This document shows, piece after piece, positions 13,201 to 25,800 of a DNA stretch of 64,000 nucleotides. The notes under the pieces were generated by a model, which searched no databases, was not told the DNA's origin, and saw only the letters and a program-made list of their open reading frames with translations. The translations under genes and the position numbers were made by a program. Origin of the DNA: Adineta vaga (lineage: Eukaryota; Animalia; Rotifera); NCBI GenBank assembly GCA_021613535.1, contig CP075492.1, forward strand, positions 19,158,001 to 19,222,000, in the 5' to 3' direction. How positions within the stretch are numbered: position 1 is the first letter of the stretch; every line of letters begins with the position of its first letter.

Positions 13201-15345
13201 CAATTTATTTACACACCACAACAACATTGTTTGCCACAATATATGATAGAATTACTCTATCCAATTGATGATTCATCGTTATCATTTGTTAATCATACTA
13301 TATATATTCATGCATTCATTGTAACAACACTAAAACATTTTGTTTCTTGGCATTTTCCTCTCTCATTTGAATTCTTACCTGTTCGTCGTATAGCAAAACA
13401 ACTTCTTGTGACAAACATATCGAGTATGATTACTGAATCAATGTTGACAACAACAACAATTTATCCTAACTGTACAACTTGTTCGAGTAATTCTCTATGT
13501 CTTGGATATGATATTGATCTTGATCGAGAAATTTGTGTTTGTCCTTTAAATCGTACTGGCCGTCGCTGTCTCATTGTTTTCGATCCATGTACGAAAAATA
13601 ATTGTAATGGACATGGAGAATGTATACCACTTGATATACGTCATGATCCAGTAGGTCAATTCATGTGCTTATGTGATGAGGAATGGTTTGGTAAACAATG
13701 TGAAAAAGTGAAACCACGGATTTATATTTCATTCTCTCGAGATATTAGTATTCCATCATCAAATATCGCTTTTATTCATATTATGGAAATGGGTACAGTA
13801 ATTGAACCTCGTCCTTTTACATACTTTCGTCGACTTCATCGAGATAAATTTGATTTTACTTTCTTTGTGGATAACATATTAAGAGTACCCAAACTTGTTT
13901 TCATTCAACTGTACGAACATCAATATCAATTTGATTATTATCTTTTACTGTTACATAAAAATACTGCAATACCATTTTTACTTGAAACCAGTACCGAAAT
14001 TCGGTCTTCTCATCGATGCCATTCAATCCACGAACTATTCAATCAAACTATACTTGCTCAGTTACCTCTACATCGAGTAAAGAATTATCAACGTCCATGT
14101 CTCAACCAACAATCAAAATGTTTCTACGATGATAAACTCATGTGCTTATGCGATGAAACCAATCATGCTATTTGTTTTAATTTTGAGACAACACCTCGTG
14201 GATGTTTATGGAATAAATGTCATGGTCGTGGTATGTGTGTACAAGATGATGAAACATGTCCAACTGTTGCAGTATGTATTTGTGAACCATGTAGTTATGG
14301 ATCGGTTTGTCAATTTTCAAGAGCTGGTTATAGTTTATCACTCGATGCGATCATTGGTTCACATATTCGATTGAATGCAATGAATATTTTTCAGCAGAGT
14401 ACAACGATTAAAATAACTGTTCTAGTTCTTTGCATATTGATTGCCTTTGGTTTTATTTTCAGTACGTTGGCTACTGGTACATTTACTCAGAAGAAGACAC
14501 GCGAATCTGGATGTGGATTTTACTTGTTTGTCTCATCCATTACCGGGTTATTAACTATGATAGTACTCATGTGCAAAATAATCATAGTCTTAAACCCCAA
14601 ACAAACCAATATTGGTTGTTCTCTTATTGAATTTTTACTTAAATGGTGGCCGACAAGTTGTGAATGGCTAAATGCATGCGTGGCTATGGATCGGACACAA
14701 GCTGTTAGTTATCCAACCAAATACACTCGTGCAATAAGTGAACGTCGTGCTAAATGGATTGTCGGATGTGTACTCACATTTCTTGCACTTATCTCATCTC
14801 CAGAATTGATCTTTCGCCGCATTGTTATCGATACACATGATGAACGAGCTTGGTGTGTTCTTACATTAAATGCAGATCGACAAGTTATTCTTGTCCTATA
14901 TTCAATTTCGAATGTTCTCTTCTTCGTATTACCATTGATCATTAATTTTGCTAGTAGTATCATTATTATTCAGAAAACAACGGCTTTAAAAAACCAGATA
15001 AAGAAAAACAAAACCACTGCATCAAATCAAAGCAAAAGTACACGACTGAAACTGCGAATGGACATGATTAAAAAATCAATCAACCAACATAAGCATATAC
15101 TAATTGCACCGATTGTACTTGGTTGTCTTGCTGTACCTCGACTTGTTCTAAGTTTTATATTTATATGTCAAAAACTTGATCGACAACCGTACATTAGTCT
15201 AATTGGCTATTGTATTGCCTTTCTACCTTGTATGGCTATTGTTTTCGTATTTATTCTGCCATCAGAAGTATTTCGAAAAGGAATGTATCACTTTATGAAA
15301 AGTATTATGCCACAACGCATTCGTCGATTATTTATTACTTGCTGA
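10273..15345 (+). CDS. LDL-receptor class A repeat + EGF-like + 7TM GPCR protein (~1527 aa, 4 exons)
   Basis: Exons 10273-10870, 11044-11834, 11884-12517, 12785-15345 splice in frame; DC..GSDE LDLa motifs, EGF CxC...G..C, C-terminal 7TM with CVAMDRT. Confidence 0.88.
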
Positions 15346-15460
15346 TATTCAATCAAAATCTTCGTTATTGTCTGTATTTGCTTTTACATCTATGTTGTCT
15401 TACATGCTTCATTTTTGAAATCATAACAAAAATAAATTATCCTGATTGAATACAATGAAT

Positions 15461-15496
15461 ATGGGCGTGGAATGAAGAGGCTATCCTCACCCACAC
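15461..15496. repeat. Degenerate telomeric-repeat hairpin mini-element
   Basis: ATGGGCGTGG-AATGAAGAGGCTAT-CCTCACCCACAC. Confidence 0.5.
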
Positions 15497-15680
15497 TGTA
15501 CGTACCGTACTCCATATTTTAGTAATGATGAATACTCATAGCAGCATTATTAACGATATGCTATTCCATTTATATCGATACTACCGTCCAACGCAGCTTT
15601 CTCTAGAGTATTCATATAGTTCTGAATAGAATCTTCTTAAATCTTTTATGATCATCTAATAAATAATGGCAAATTCTCTA

Positions 15681-15735
15681 AGGGTGTGGGTGTGGGTGTG
15701 GGTAATACTCGTCTCTTTAGCCACACCCACACCCT
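15681..15735. repeat. Telomeric-repeat hairpin mini-element
   Basis: AGGG(TGTGGG)3-TAATACTCGTCTCTTTAG-CCACACCCACACCCT. Confidence 0.85.
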
Positions 15736-15836
15736 ATGTGACATTAAGAAAAAATCTTTACTCGTCCATCTCTGATAAAAATGAATCTTTAAATGGCTTC
15801 GCTTTTTTTCTTTCTTTATATCGAATTTTCTCATGA

Positions 15837-16757
15837 TTAAACGTTTTCTTTAAAAATTCCGATAATCCAATCTAATTTTGTTTCTTTAACTTGTAAATAT
15901 TCGATAGGATAAATTGTATGTGAATATTGATATTGATTTTTATCGATAATTTCAACATTCCAATGTTTTCCATAAGATTCATTAAGCCAATTTTTCATAT
16001 CTTTACTAATATATTCCATTTTCAATGGTCCATGTGTATCAATTAACATACTAATTGTATTCAAAATGTTTATTCTCATTGAATCTGTAATTCCTTTTGA
16101 TTGTTTTTCAACTTCCCATCTTGATAATTTCATTGATTTTGCAGATGATCTTTCTAAGATAAAACATTAATTTATCTTCAAATATTGGAGAAAAAAAAAG
16201 ATTTTACCTGGAAAAATAACAGTTCGTTTTGAATGAACTGTTCCATGATTTTCTATTGGAATTGTAATAAGATTCTCATCAATTATCAAAGGATTAATAA
16301 TTGAATGAAAATGTTGGAGTTCAGAAATATCTTTTTCAATAAATTGAATTGATTCTTTCATTGAATCAATTTCTTCTTTTGTTGCTTCTTGTTCTTGAAT
16401 TAATTTATTAAAATTTATTTTCATTTCATTGAATTCTTTTTTCTGTTTTCCTCTTTTCATTTGAATAAATTCTTGATATTGTTCATATTTTCTTTGATAA
16501 AATTGTTCAACTGTCTGATGAGCATTTTCACGCCATTGATTCAAATCATTAAAACAAGATACTTCAAATTCAATATTATTATTAAATTGATCTGAAAGAG
16601 AATTAATTTGATCAGTTAATAAAGGTATTTGTGAATTAATTAAATTTTCGTGTTCATTTAAATGATTAAGACATAAATATTGTTGACAACAAAGACACAT
16701 TGCCCGACATGAACGTTTACATTCATTGATTTGACAAGATCGTATTGAAGATGCCAT
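15837..16757 (-). CDS. B-box-like Zn finger + coiled coil + dynein-light-chain (LC8)-like domain protein
   Basis: CQINECKRSCRAMCLCCQQYLCLNHLNEH; intron 16154-16207 joins in frame to the KNWLNESYGKHWNV domain. Confidence 0.7.
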
Positions 16758-17089
16758 GTCGTTTGTATTAAGAAAAAGATTTTATGTATTGACTTATGTT
16801 ATCTAAAAATGAAACTGATCTTTTGTGAAAATATCAACGTGATAGCATTATAAAAACATAAGACAAGTATAGAATCATTTATTTTATTTTAAAAAATCTT
16901 TAATTTTCTCTTTTCAAATGCACAATAAACATTAACCAGTGATATTTCTTTGATTTTTCAGTTACAATGTAAATAAATAATGTTGTTTGTTTCATTATTT
17001 GAATCATTCACATTTTCGCTCCTAAGATTAAATTATTGTTAATGTTTTTATGTTTCATATGCAATTGGTATAGAAAATCATAACTTACC

Positions 17090-17383
17090 TTATGAGGCCG
17101 TTTGTTGAAACAAGATTATAGTCCAACCTAAGTCGACTTCTTTGATTTCAAAATATTTCTCTTCGTAGTGATTGCTATAGTTTTCCCATTCGCCAGATTT
17201 ACCAATTATCACACACCAATACTTTCCATAAGTCTGCTCAAGCCAATTTTTTACTTCTTTACAAGTTTCATACATCTTTGATGATCCATGTATATCAATC
17301 GCCGTTCGTAATATACTTAAAATATTTATTTTCATATTATTCGTGATTCCTGGATATTGTTGGACAACTTCCCATTTTGACAT
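17090..17383 (-). CDS. Divergent dynein-light-chain (LC8)-like protein
   Basis: KEVKNWLEQTYGKYWCVIIG resembles LC8 KKEFDKKYNPTWHCIVG; paralog of 15837-16133. Confidence 0.65.
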   Translation of the reverse strand: MSKWEVVQQYPGITNNMKINILSILRTAIDIHGSSKMYETCKEVKNWLEQTYGKYWCVIIGKSGEWENYSNHYEEKYFEIKEVDLGWTIILFQQTAS

Positions 17384-17503
17384 TTTAATAAATTTGAAAA
17401 TAATTTATCTAAAATAATGATAATATAATTCTATTTGATATATAACATCTTGTGATTATCATTCTTTGAAATGAGAATTGAAAAGGAATGATATGAAAAT
17501 GTG

Positions 17504-18197
17504 TTATGGAATATTTCCTTTGACATTTCCTAAGGAATATTCCTATACGTTTTCTATCTTACTATACATATACTTTCTTTTGTTTCACATATGGACTTGT
17601 CCACATAACGCGACACTTCGGCGATTAAGTTTTGAAAAAAGAATTTTTTCGATATCAGTCCTCCGAAATAGTCTTCTCGATACAGTTTTCAACGCTGATT
17701 ACAAATCTGACATTCATTTTGGCAGGGCAAAATCTTTTTATGTAAAAACTCGGGTTTTAAACTTCTCAAAACTGTACTTTGAACGTCCTAAGCAGAAAAT
17801 TTTTACAAAATGTGCTAGTAAACATACCATTCGATAGAGAATTTCATTCTCTACAAAATGACGTATTTGGTTTGTAGGTTTCTAGACAAAAGTAACTTTT
17901 GGCGTCCTGTAGACTTTTCAACTTACTTCTCTGAATACGAACTTCTGGAGAAGTGCACCAGTCCCGTTCTTGGATAGAATGCTCAAGAATATCGAGGGAA
18001 CTAACACTTTAAAAAATCAAATCATTCTGAATATGCTAAGTGCCTTAAAAACGATCAACAAAAAACCGTGTCACAACGTTACGTTTGGACAAACCCATAT
18101 ATAAGATGACGTCATATATATATATATATATACGAATAGTAAGAATGAAAACGTAGAGAATTAGCCGTTATGAAATGTCGAAGGAAATATTCCATAA
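17504..18197. mobile_element. MITE with ~65 bp inverted repeats (outer element)
   Basis: TTATGGAATATTTCCTTTGACATTTC... matches the reverse complement of ...GAAATGTCGAAGGAAATATTCCATAA. Confidence 0.75.
17589..18100. mobile_element. Nested MITE (inner element)
   Basis: ATATGGACTTGTCCACATAACGCGACAC versus GTGTCACAACGTTACGTTTGGACAAACCCATAT, inverted. Confidence 0.7.
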
Positions 18198-19718
18198 TAA
18201 AATTTAAGATTATTATCGATGATTGGACCAACAATTTATACAAATGTTTATCGAAAGTCAAAAGAAAATGATATCTAACGTATTTTTATCGTTAATTTGT
18301 TTAATTTATTCAAAATCTTAGGAAATATTTCAAACGAAATGAAAAATAAAAAGATGATATAGCTTTGTCGTTATTGATCTAAAAGAAACATTAGAAATTA
18401 TTTTATATAAGACTAGCAGGGGGTACTGGCTGCAAATTAAGAAATATTTTTAATAAAACATAGCAGAAACTGAAAAACGATAGGAAATACATGTATAAAT
18501 ACCTTTAAATTTAAAGCCCTATTAGATTTGTTTGCTTGGTTTTAGTTCTGTGAAAGTTTTCATTAAGATTTATGTGTCTAATCGCGATTCATCGTTAGCA
18601 ATGGAGTCTCATTCATACTTTTATCTTCATCATTTTTCTGTTCTGCAGATCTCTAATTTCAGTGTATCGACACGGTCAACCGTTGTGGAATTTCATTACT
18701 TTTCTCATTTTCCACGGAGGACAGTTTATTGGTATTTTCATGATAGTTTTAACTATGAAACCTAACTTTTTTTATTCAGTAACAAATAAGAACATTGTTT
18801 TCTATATATCGAATAGCTCATTTCTATCTTCTTTTCAACATTTGATTAGAAGTTTCTTTCACTATTTTGACAAACATGAAAAGTTAAAACTTGAAAAAAT
18901 AGTGAAATTTCGTAATTATTCTTTGTAGTAAACTCGTAGGAAATTATACTCTCTGCAACAAATCTTTTTTCTTTATTTTACTGATTTCAAACCTTCCGCA
19001 ACGAAGGAGACTGATGACTGACCGTGCCGATATATCATTGTCATTTTCTCAAGTAGTTTCGAAATTACATAAAATTTAGTGATTGTTAATGTGTCTTTTA
19101 CAACTTACTTTATTATAAGACGAAATAATATAGATTTGATGGGTTGTCGTTTAACTTGTTCACAGTTTTTCTTTATGTGATAAGAAAGAAAAAGCAATGA
19201 ATGATAAATGCGTCGGAGAATATTGTGTTTTTCTCGGTGTCAGCAATCGAATGAAAGTATTACAATAGGATTCTTTTTATAGACTGAATTTTTTCTCTCT
19301 TTTCTTTATTAGTTTTTACCAACCATCGTTTTAATATTTTCAATGAATTATTTTTGTTCTCTTTCTTCGACTAGGTTTTGTTCCCACTCGGAACTCATAC
19401 TTTTTGCTGTGCAATACCGTTTGTATTCATCAAGTATTTTCTTTTCTCTTCTGTATTATTTTTTTTCGCTCGTTTTTTAATCTTTCACATAAACATGAAA
19501 TGCAGAATAAATGCATGTAGCCGTGTTTCATTTTGAAAAGCGTTTAGACTGACAATAAATATTTACAGGTATATAAATGAATTGCAAAATTATTATACCG
19601 TTCGTGGTTCCATATATAAAACTTTAATAACTGTCATTTCTCTTGACTAATCTTTAGAAAGATTTCAAAGTATGCTCTCGCATTTGATCTCAACTACCAC
19701 ACAAAATCACATAACGTA

Positions 19719-19774
19719 TGAGGGTGTGGGTGTGGATGAAGAGAAGTGTATTACCCACACCCACACCCACCCAT
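19719..19774. repeat. Telomeric-repeat hairpin mini-element
   Basis: TGAGGGTGTGGGTGTGG-ATGAAGAGAAGTGTATTA-CCCACACCCACACCCACCCAT. Confidence 0.85.
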
Positions 19775-20095
19775 AAAACGGATGTTCCAACGTCATTCAT
19801 TGTAACATATCTGTACTTATTATAGACTGGAAAAATTTGTCGAATATCTTCTAGCTGAACCAATTGCATGGTATTAATATTGTCTCCAGAGAACAAGAAA
19901 AGGCTTTTCAAGTATTACGTGTTTTTAAAATAACTATCAAAAGACGAAAACATGAGGAGAGGCAATTACTTCCATTCACCTCTATGGCGCACCGCCTATG
20001 CATATGTTTTATATTCACAACATCTCTCTCTATCAAGCATTCATAGTCAATTAATCGAAAAATAAAATAAATTATCTAACATCAATACTTTTATT

Positions 20096-20660
20096 TTAAA
20101 TTTGTATGTTATCATCACACATACAAAAAGCAGGACCACCATTCGCAGGAGCAAAAGGATGATAACCAAAATCAATAGCACGATCAATAAGACCATGATG
20201 ATGATTACAACTAGCACCATGACGAATTTTGAAGTTTTTCCAATATGCACCATATCCCCAACGTGACCAATCTTCATTGTTCCAATTGGCTACATTGCGG
20301 ATCCATTGCCAACTGGCTACATCGCCGGTATAACACCAATCACGGCATCTTCCGCATTTGGCGCAAAGACGACCGTTACAATTAGAGGCTGGAAATCTAC
20401 CAGGTAGTGCGAATTCTTCATGGCCTAAAGGAAATTTGCGTTACAAATAACTGAATAGTTTCTTCTCTTTGAAACATGATTATTAATGACAGTTTGAGAA
20501 AAAAAATAATCGGACAGCATGTTTCACAAAGTATTCTGGATTCTCTGCATACAATGTATATAGATTAGTTATAAGAGAAAGTATTTAAGATCTTGATCTT
20601 TTAAATTTGACTCGAACAAAAATTTATCAAATATTTTATGCTACCTTGTGATGTACCCAT
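20096..20660 (-). CDS. Small Cys/Trp/His-rich protein (114 aa, 2 exons), not in ORF track
   Basis: Exon 20645-20660 (MGTSQG) splices in phase to 20096-20424: HEEFALPGRFPASNCNGRLCAKCGRCRDWCY...WQW...W...DWSRW...CMCDDN. Confidence 0.75.
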
Positions 20661-20793
20661 TGGAACTGATCTAACCGAAATAATGTTACCCTGAATTTAA
20701 ATAAACGCAATCTAAAAATAAAAATAAAAGAGAACATGTGTGATAATGTGGATGTGAAAAATTACGATATTTTGACATGCAAATGAATCTATT

Positions 20794-21712
20794 AGAGACA
20801 ATGCACGATAGCCACCACACATCGTACTCAATTGATATCTCAGATTTCAATGAAATTTTGCTATAGTACGTAGGCCTACGTTAGATATGAAAACGTTACA
20901 AATTTCAGTTCTTAACGAAATTTAAAGCCATGAAACTTGCTTGTAGCACTAAAAATACTGATCAAAGACCGTCAATTGAATGTTCAACTTGCATAGTTGC
21001 TTCATATGTTTTTGACCAAAGAAATTGCTTTTATTTATTCCATACTTATTAGAATTTCATACTATTATCTATAACAATTAGGCTTTCTTTGATAGAGCTG
21101 TTTTTATTCTCAGTCAAAGTCCGTTTGGATTTTATTTAATATATGAAGATGTTCGACTTCGTTTTATCCAGAAATTATACCATGGTTTCTCAAAAGACAG
21201 AGAAGAAATAAATCCATTTTTCTGTTAATTACATTCATATTGATATTTGTAGATGAATATATCATATCATTGACAAAACGCCCTCATCCAAAAGTCGCCC
21301 GTTAAAGAGTTAATTCGCTCATAATCGATAAAAAATACATCTTCAAGATAGGTAGGTCATGTATGGTCTATGACATCTACCTATATTCTATATCACGACT
21401 AATCGAAACTTTGAGCGAATTAGTATCCAGGGCATCAGTGATAGTACAACACTCTGCAAGTTTCATGGCTTTAAACCTCATGTTTACGAAATGGTAGAAT
21501 CAACAATGCATATGACCAGCATCGATGATAATCATTTTTGACATAGTATGGTGCCATTATTGCGAATGCAATATCTCCCGAATAGAAGCGTTTTAAGAAC
21601 TGAACTTTGTAACGTTTTCATATCTCACTTAGGCCTACATACTAGCGAAATGTCATTGAAATCTGAGATATCAATTGAACACGATGTATGGTGGCTTTCG
21701 TGCATTGTCTCT
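20794..21712. mobile_element. MITE / non-autonomous DNA transposon with ~120 bp TIRs
   Basis: AGAGACAATGCACGA..CAATTGATATCTCAGATTTCAATG..GAAAACGTTACAAA inverted at both ends; extra inner inverted 20-mer at 20921/21456. Confidence 0.85.
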
Positions 21713-22102
21713 GTTTATGACTATAACTCAGTACAAAAATGAAGTAGAAAAATAATTCAAATACTGTCGATCGCGAAAACAAGTATAATTAACTAATAAT
21801 TACTAATCACAATCTTCTCATGGTTTTTATTTTTTTATTCTATTCTTTATGTGATTCCAGTCAGTTTTGTTGTGTATTTACTTTTGAAAAAGCTAATGGG
21901 TTTTTTCCAACTTACCTTTGTTTATATGAATGAATAAAATATGATGTTTTCATTATGTATCACGAGTTTGTTTTGCACAAACACGTTGCTAATAACGTTT
22001 ATTTTTCAAGGCTCTTTCTCTTTTTTCCTTGTTTCTTGATTACTTGTTTAATATCAGTTATATTATAAAAAGACTTGCCATCTAATCATACCTGAATCTA
22101 TG

Positions 22103-22603
22103 TACAGGGTGTGTAAAAATGTTTTTCCAGGGGGTAACTCTACGCTAACAAACAGTTCAACGTAGATCTGATTGAGAGCAATTGTTTGCATCAAAAAAAT
22201 TTATTTTTCAAAACTTCTTGTTAAAATTAATAATTAGTGTGACAGCCGTTGGCATTCCTCACCGCCAAAAGACGGACCGGAGACGAACATAAGAGATTTT
22301 CGAATAGTCCAACGTTTGATTCCATATTAGTCAGAACAGCTATGAGATACTTTTCTGATGTCTCTTGCTTATAACGATTCTCGACAGTTTCCAACAATAA
22401 TTTTCCCTCAACTTGATCTTTAATTTTTGTTCCAATGTGTTCAGCGGCATTCAGATCAGGTGAATTGCCATGTCATATGTTATTACCCCCAAAAAGTTCT
22501 ATCGTTCTCTTTAAGCAAATGTTCTGTCATATATGCACGCATGTATCAGGCTTTGTCATGGACAAATATCACTTGATCAAGATCGATTACATTTTCTTCG
22601 TTC
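22103..22603 (-). mobile_element. Tc1/mariner-superfamily transposon 3' remnant
   Basis: TA+CAGGGTG terminus at 22103; minus-strand IFVHDKA and GNSPDLNAAE catalytic-domain motifs with stops; 5' part missing. Confidence 0.8.
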
Positions 22604-22635
22604 TTGAGGGTATGGGTGAAGAGGTACACTCACAT
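22604..22635. repeat. Telomeric-repeat hairpin mini-element at transposon breakpoint
   Basis: TTGAGGGTATGGGTGAAGAGGTACACTCACAT. Confidence 0.65.
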
Positions 22636-22805
22636 CGTCAATACTGAGAGATACATTGAAATGTTTCTCCAGGGAGAGTTGACAACAGCAGTTGAATGAC
22701 TTAAAAAACTTTTAGCATTGAAAATATCATGCTTATTTATTACGCTTTCTTTTTCATGATAATTACAAATGGAAAGAAAATTATTTAAGTTTCCTCATTC
22801 TACAG

Positions 22806-25800
22806 ATGTTCGTTCGAGAACAATCTTTTCTACGTAAATATAAAAGAAGTTCCCCTTTTTTTCAGTGCAAATCCGAAATGTTCTTATTTGACAAAATACC
22901 AATGAAAGAATGGTTTTGTCGTTATTCTACTGCGATCATACGATTCCTCTCAAAACTCAATAGTTTTCGCGATCATTTCGCTCCGACTACTGATGAATAT
23001 CAAATCAAAACACAAATTTTAGCTACTCGTGTCTATTTAGTTTTATTGACTTTTTCACTGGTCATTTTGGTCACTTATACGACACAAATAAATGTAATCG
23101 AAAATGTTACCGTCAATAATCCAACATATAATCAATATTTAAATTTATTTTCTATCTATCCAGAAACACTTTCCTGTTCATGTACAACTATCTCGATTGC
23201 TTACGATCAGTTTATTTATCTCGATATAATCTATCATCAGATATGTCATAGTGTATATACAACCTTTGCCTGGCGCCATCTGATCGATTCAACATCGAAT
23301 CCTCATGAAATTTCTTTAAATTTTCGTAATGTGGGTGGTCCGTTATTCTATGTTCTTAATTCCTTCTGTCGTTTGACTGAAATGACAGTGTCGGATGGTA
23401 TTATAGAATTCAATGCTATTCAACTCATTTCTCGTACAGTTTTATCACGTGAAATATTCGATGTTCAAGTAGAGAATATAATTCGTTCATTCATTTCTAC
23501 TATAACAAGAGAATTCACTCGATCACGTCAATTAATTCGTGATCAGATACAGTACAATGGTATTATGTCAGGACTTTATACAAATTTTCATTACACTTCA
23601 ATTCTTCAGGAATGGTCTACAGATGAAAAAGGATGTGAATTTTATACTTCACCACGTATCTATGTCGATCAATCATCCAATTGTTCCTGTGATGACACAC
23701 CATTCTGTAAAATGGCGGCGTTTATTGATGATGAAACTTCATTTCACATTCCCGGAATGTATTATGGATGTTATATCGTTGAATCTCTTCTTCAATCAAA
23801 TCTTGAATGTTTCTATAATCAAACATGTATTGATGAGTTACGTCGCGTACTTAATTCGTCTGTAATACTCAATACATCGGCTCTTGATTCAACCATCCAA
23901 ACTCACTATGAGCACAATGAAACAATCGAACACATTGTTGATCAATTGATGGTCGAACAATGGCTGAATATAACATCCCATAAATTCTATTATGAACGAT
24001 GTCAACCTTCTGTATGTACTTACACATATATCAGTAAAAAGAATTGGCTCAATGTGTTAACATCAATCATTGTGCCTATCGGTGGTCTAAATCTTATTCT
24101 GAAGAGCATAATACCTTTTATTATCATGATGTTTCGATCGCATCTTTGTATCAATCTAGGTAAATAACTTTTAAAGTCATAAACATAGGGTTTCTCTTTT
24201 CAGAAATATTGTTAACTTAAATTTGTTTCTTTTCAGGACAAAGTATACGTTTAAATAATGTTAATATTTTACGAAGGATAAAAAGATATATTCTTCGTTT
24301 CAATTTATTTCATACATTATCTCATACAAATATGGATGAAGAATATACGATTCGTACACAAATCGTCACTACACGCATCTATCTCATTACGATTATTGCT
24401 TCACTTTCTATACTCGCATTATATAGATCTCAAGTGACTAACACACGATTGATAACTATTTATGCACCTTCATATAACGAATATATTGATTTATACAATA
24501 ATTATTCTCAATCTCTTGTATGTCCCTGTACTAATACCAATATAGAATATGGTCAATTTCTTCAGATAGATGTTCGATTACATCAAATATGTAATAGTAA
24601 CTTTATCTCTGATCTGTATTTTACTTATCTCAATCCAATGACGACCTACATACCTTATGGTGATAAAAGACGAGGAAAATCTCAATTGCAAATGATTGGT
24701 TCATGGTGTCGATTGGCTAAATCAAGTATTCTTGATGATCGTAGTGCATTCTATGTTGAACAATTGACTGTCTATGAAGTTTTATCTGAAAAAGTATTTG
24801 ATAAACAAATTCAATCATTAGTTAATGTATTTATCGGATTGACAAAAGATATATTTATTGATTCTTTGACTGTAATTCGTCAAACGACACAACATAATAT
24901 ATTGATGAGTGGTTATATAACTAATGTCTTTCCTTATGCATTAGGCAACATCAACGATTTACGTCTTAAGATGGGTTTTGCTTTTTATCCAGAATCGTTG
25001 ACATGTATCTGCGTTTTCTTGAGTAATTGTACTGAACCAATGAGTGATTATTATTATATTAGTGAAGATCAACTAAATAAGTTTTATGTTTTTCAAGGAC
25101 TTCGAAGAGGTTGTTTCGTTGATGAAGCAACACTTCAATCAACTCTTGAATGTTATTATAATCAAAACTGTCTTGATGTTAGTCATTCCTATTTTGGTTT
25201 AAATCTTTCAAGTGATTTTCCTGCCCTCAATGCAACTTTCTCAAGTCGATTTAATACGACTTCGATGATGAGAGATATTCTCAATGAAATGATGGTAGAA
25301 GAATGGATATATACATCTTCTCATGCATCTTTCTATAATGCATGTCAACCAATATATTGTAATTATTCATATATCACTAAGAATAGCTTATGGTTTATTA
25401 TTAGTATTATCATGGGATTGATTGGTGGTTTAAATACTATACTGACGATTATCATTCCACAATTAATCAAATGTGTACGTCGATATCGACGACAACAATT
25501 GCTGTTTGAACGAACATGCTTTGCAGGTATAGTATCTAGATGATCTAAGACACGACAAGACAATATTTTCTTAATCAATTTCAGATATATTTCGAATGGA
25601 ACAATTATATCAATACTGGAATAAAGGAAAAGAAAAAATAAGTCATTTAAATCTATTCTATTCAAGACATCGACAAATTATCAATAACGATTATGATCTT
25701 CGAACACAGATTATTTCTACACGTATCTTTCTAATTTTTCTCTTTGTTTCTCTCTCTGTACTTGCTCTTTACACATCTCAAGTATCCATCAATATGTTGA

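Noticed and set aside
18412-19630. Helitron with a CTAG 3' end on the minus strand
   Set aside because: The subterminal hairpin is incomplete and no 5' end or Rep/helicase sequence is visible.
20047-20277. Listed hydrophobic 76-aa ORF
   Set aside because: Alternate frame of the spliced Cys/Trp-rich gene.
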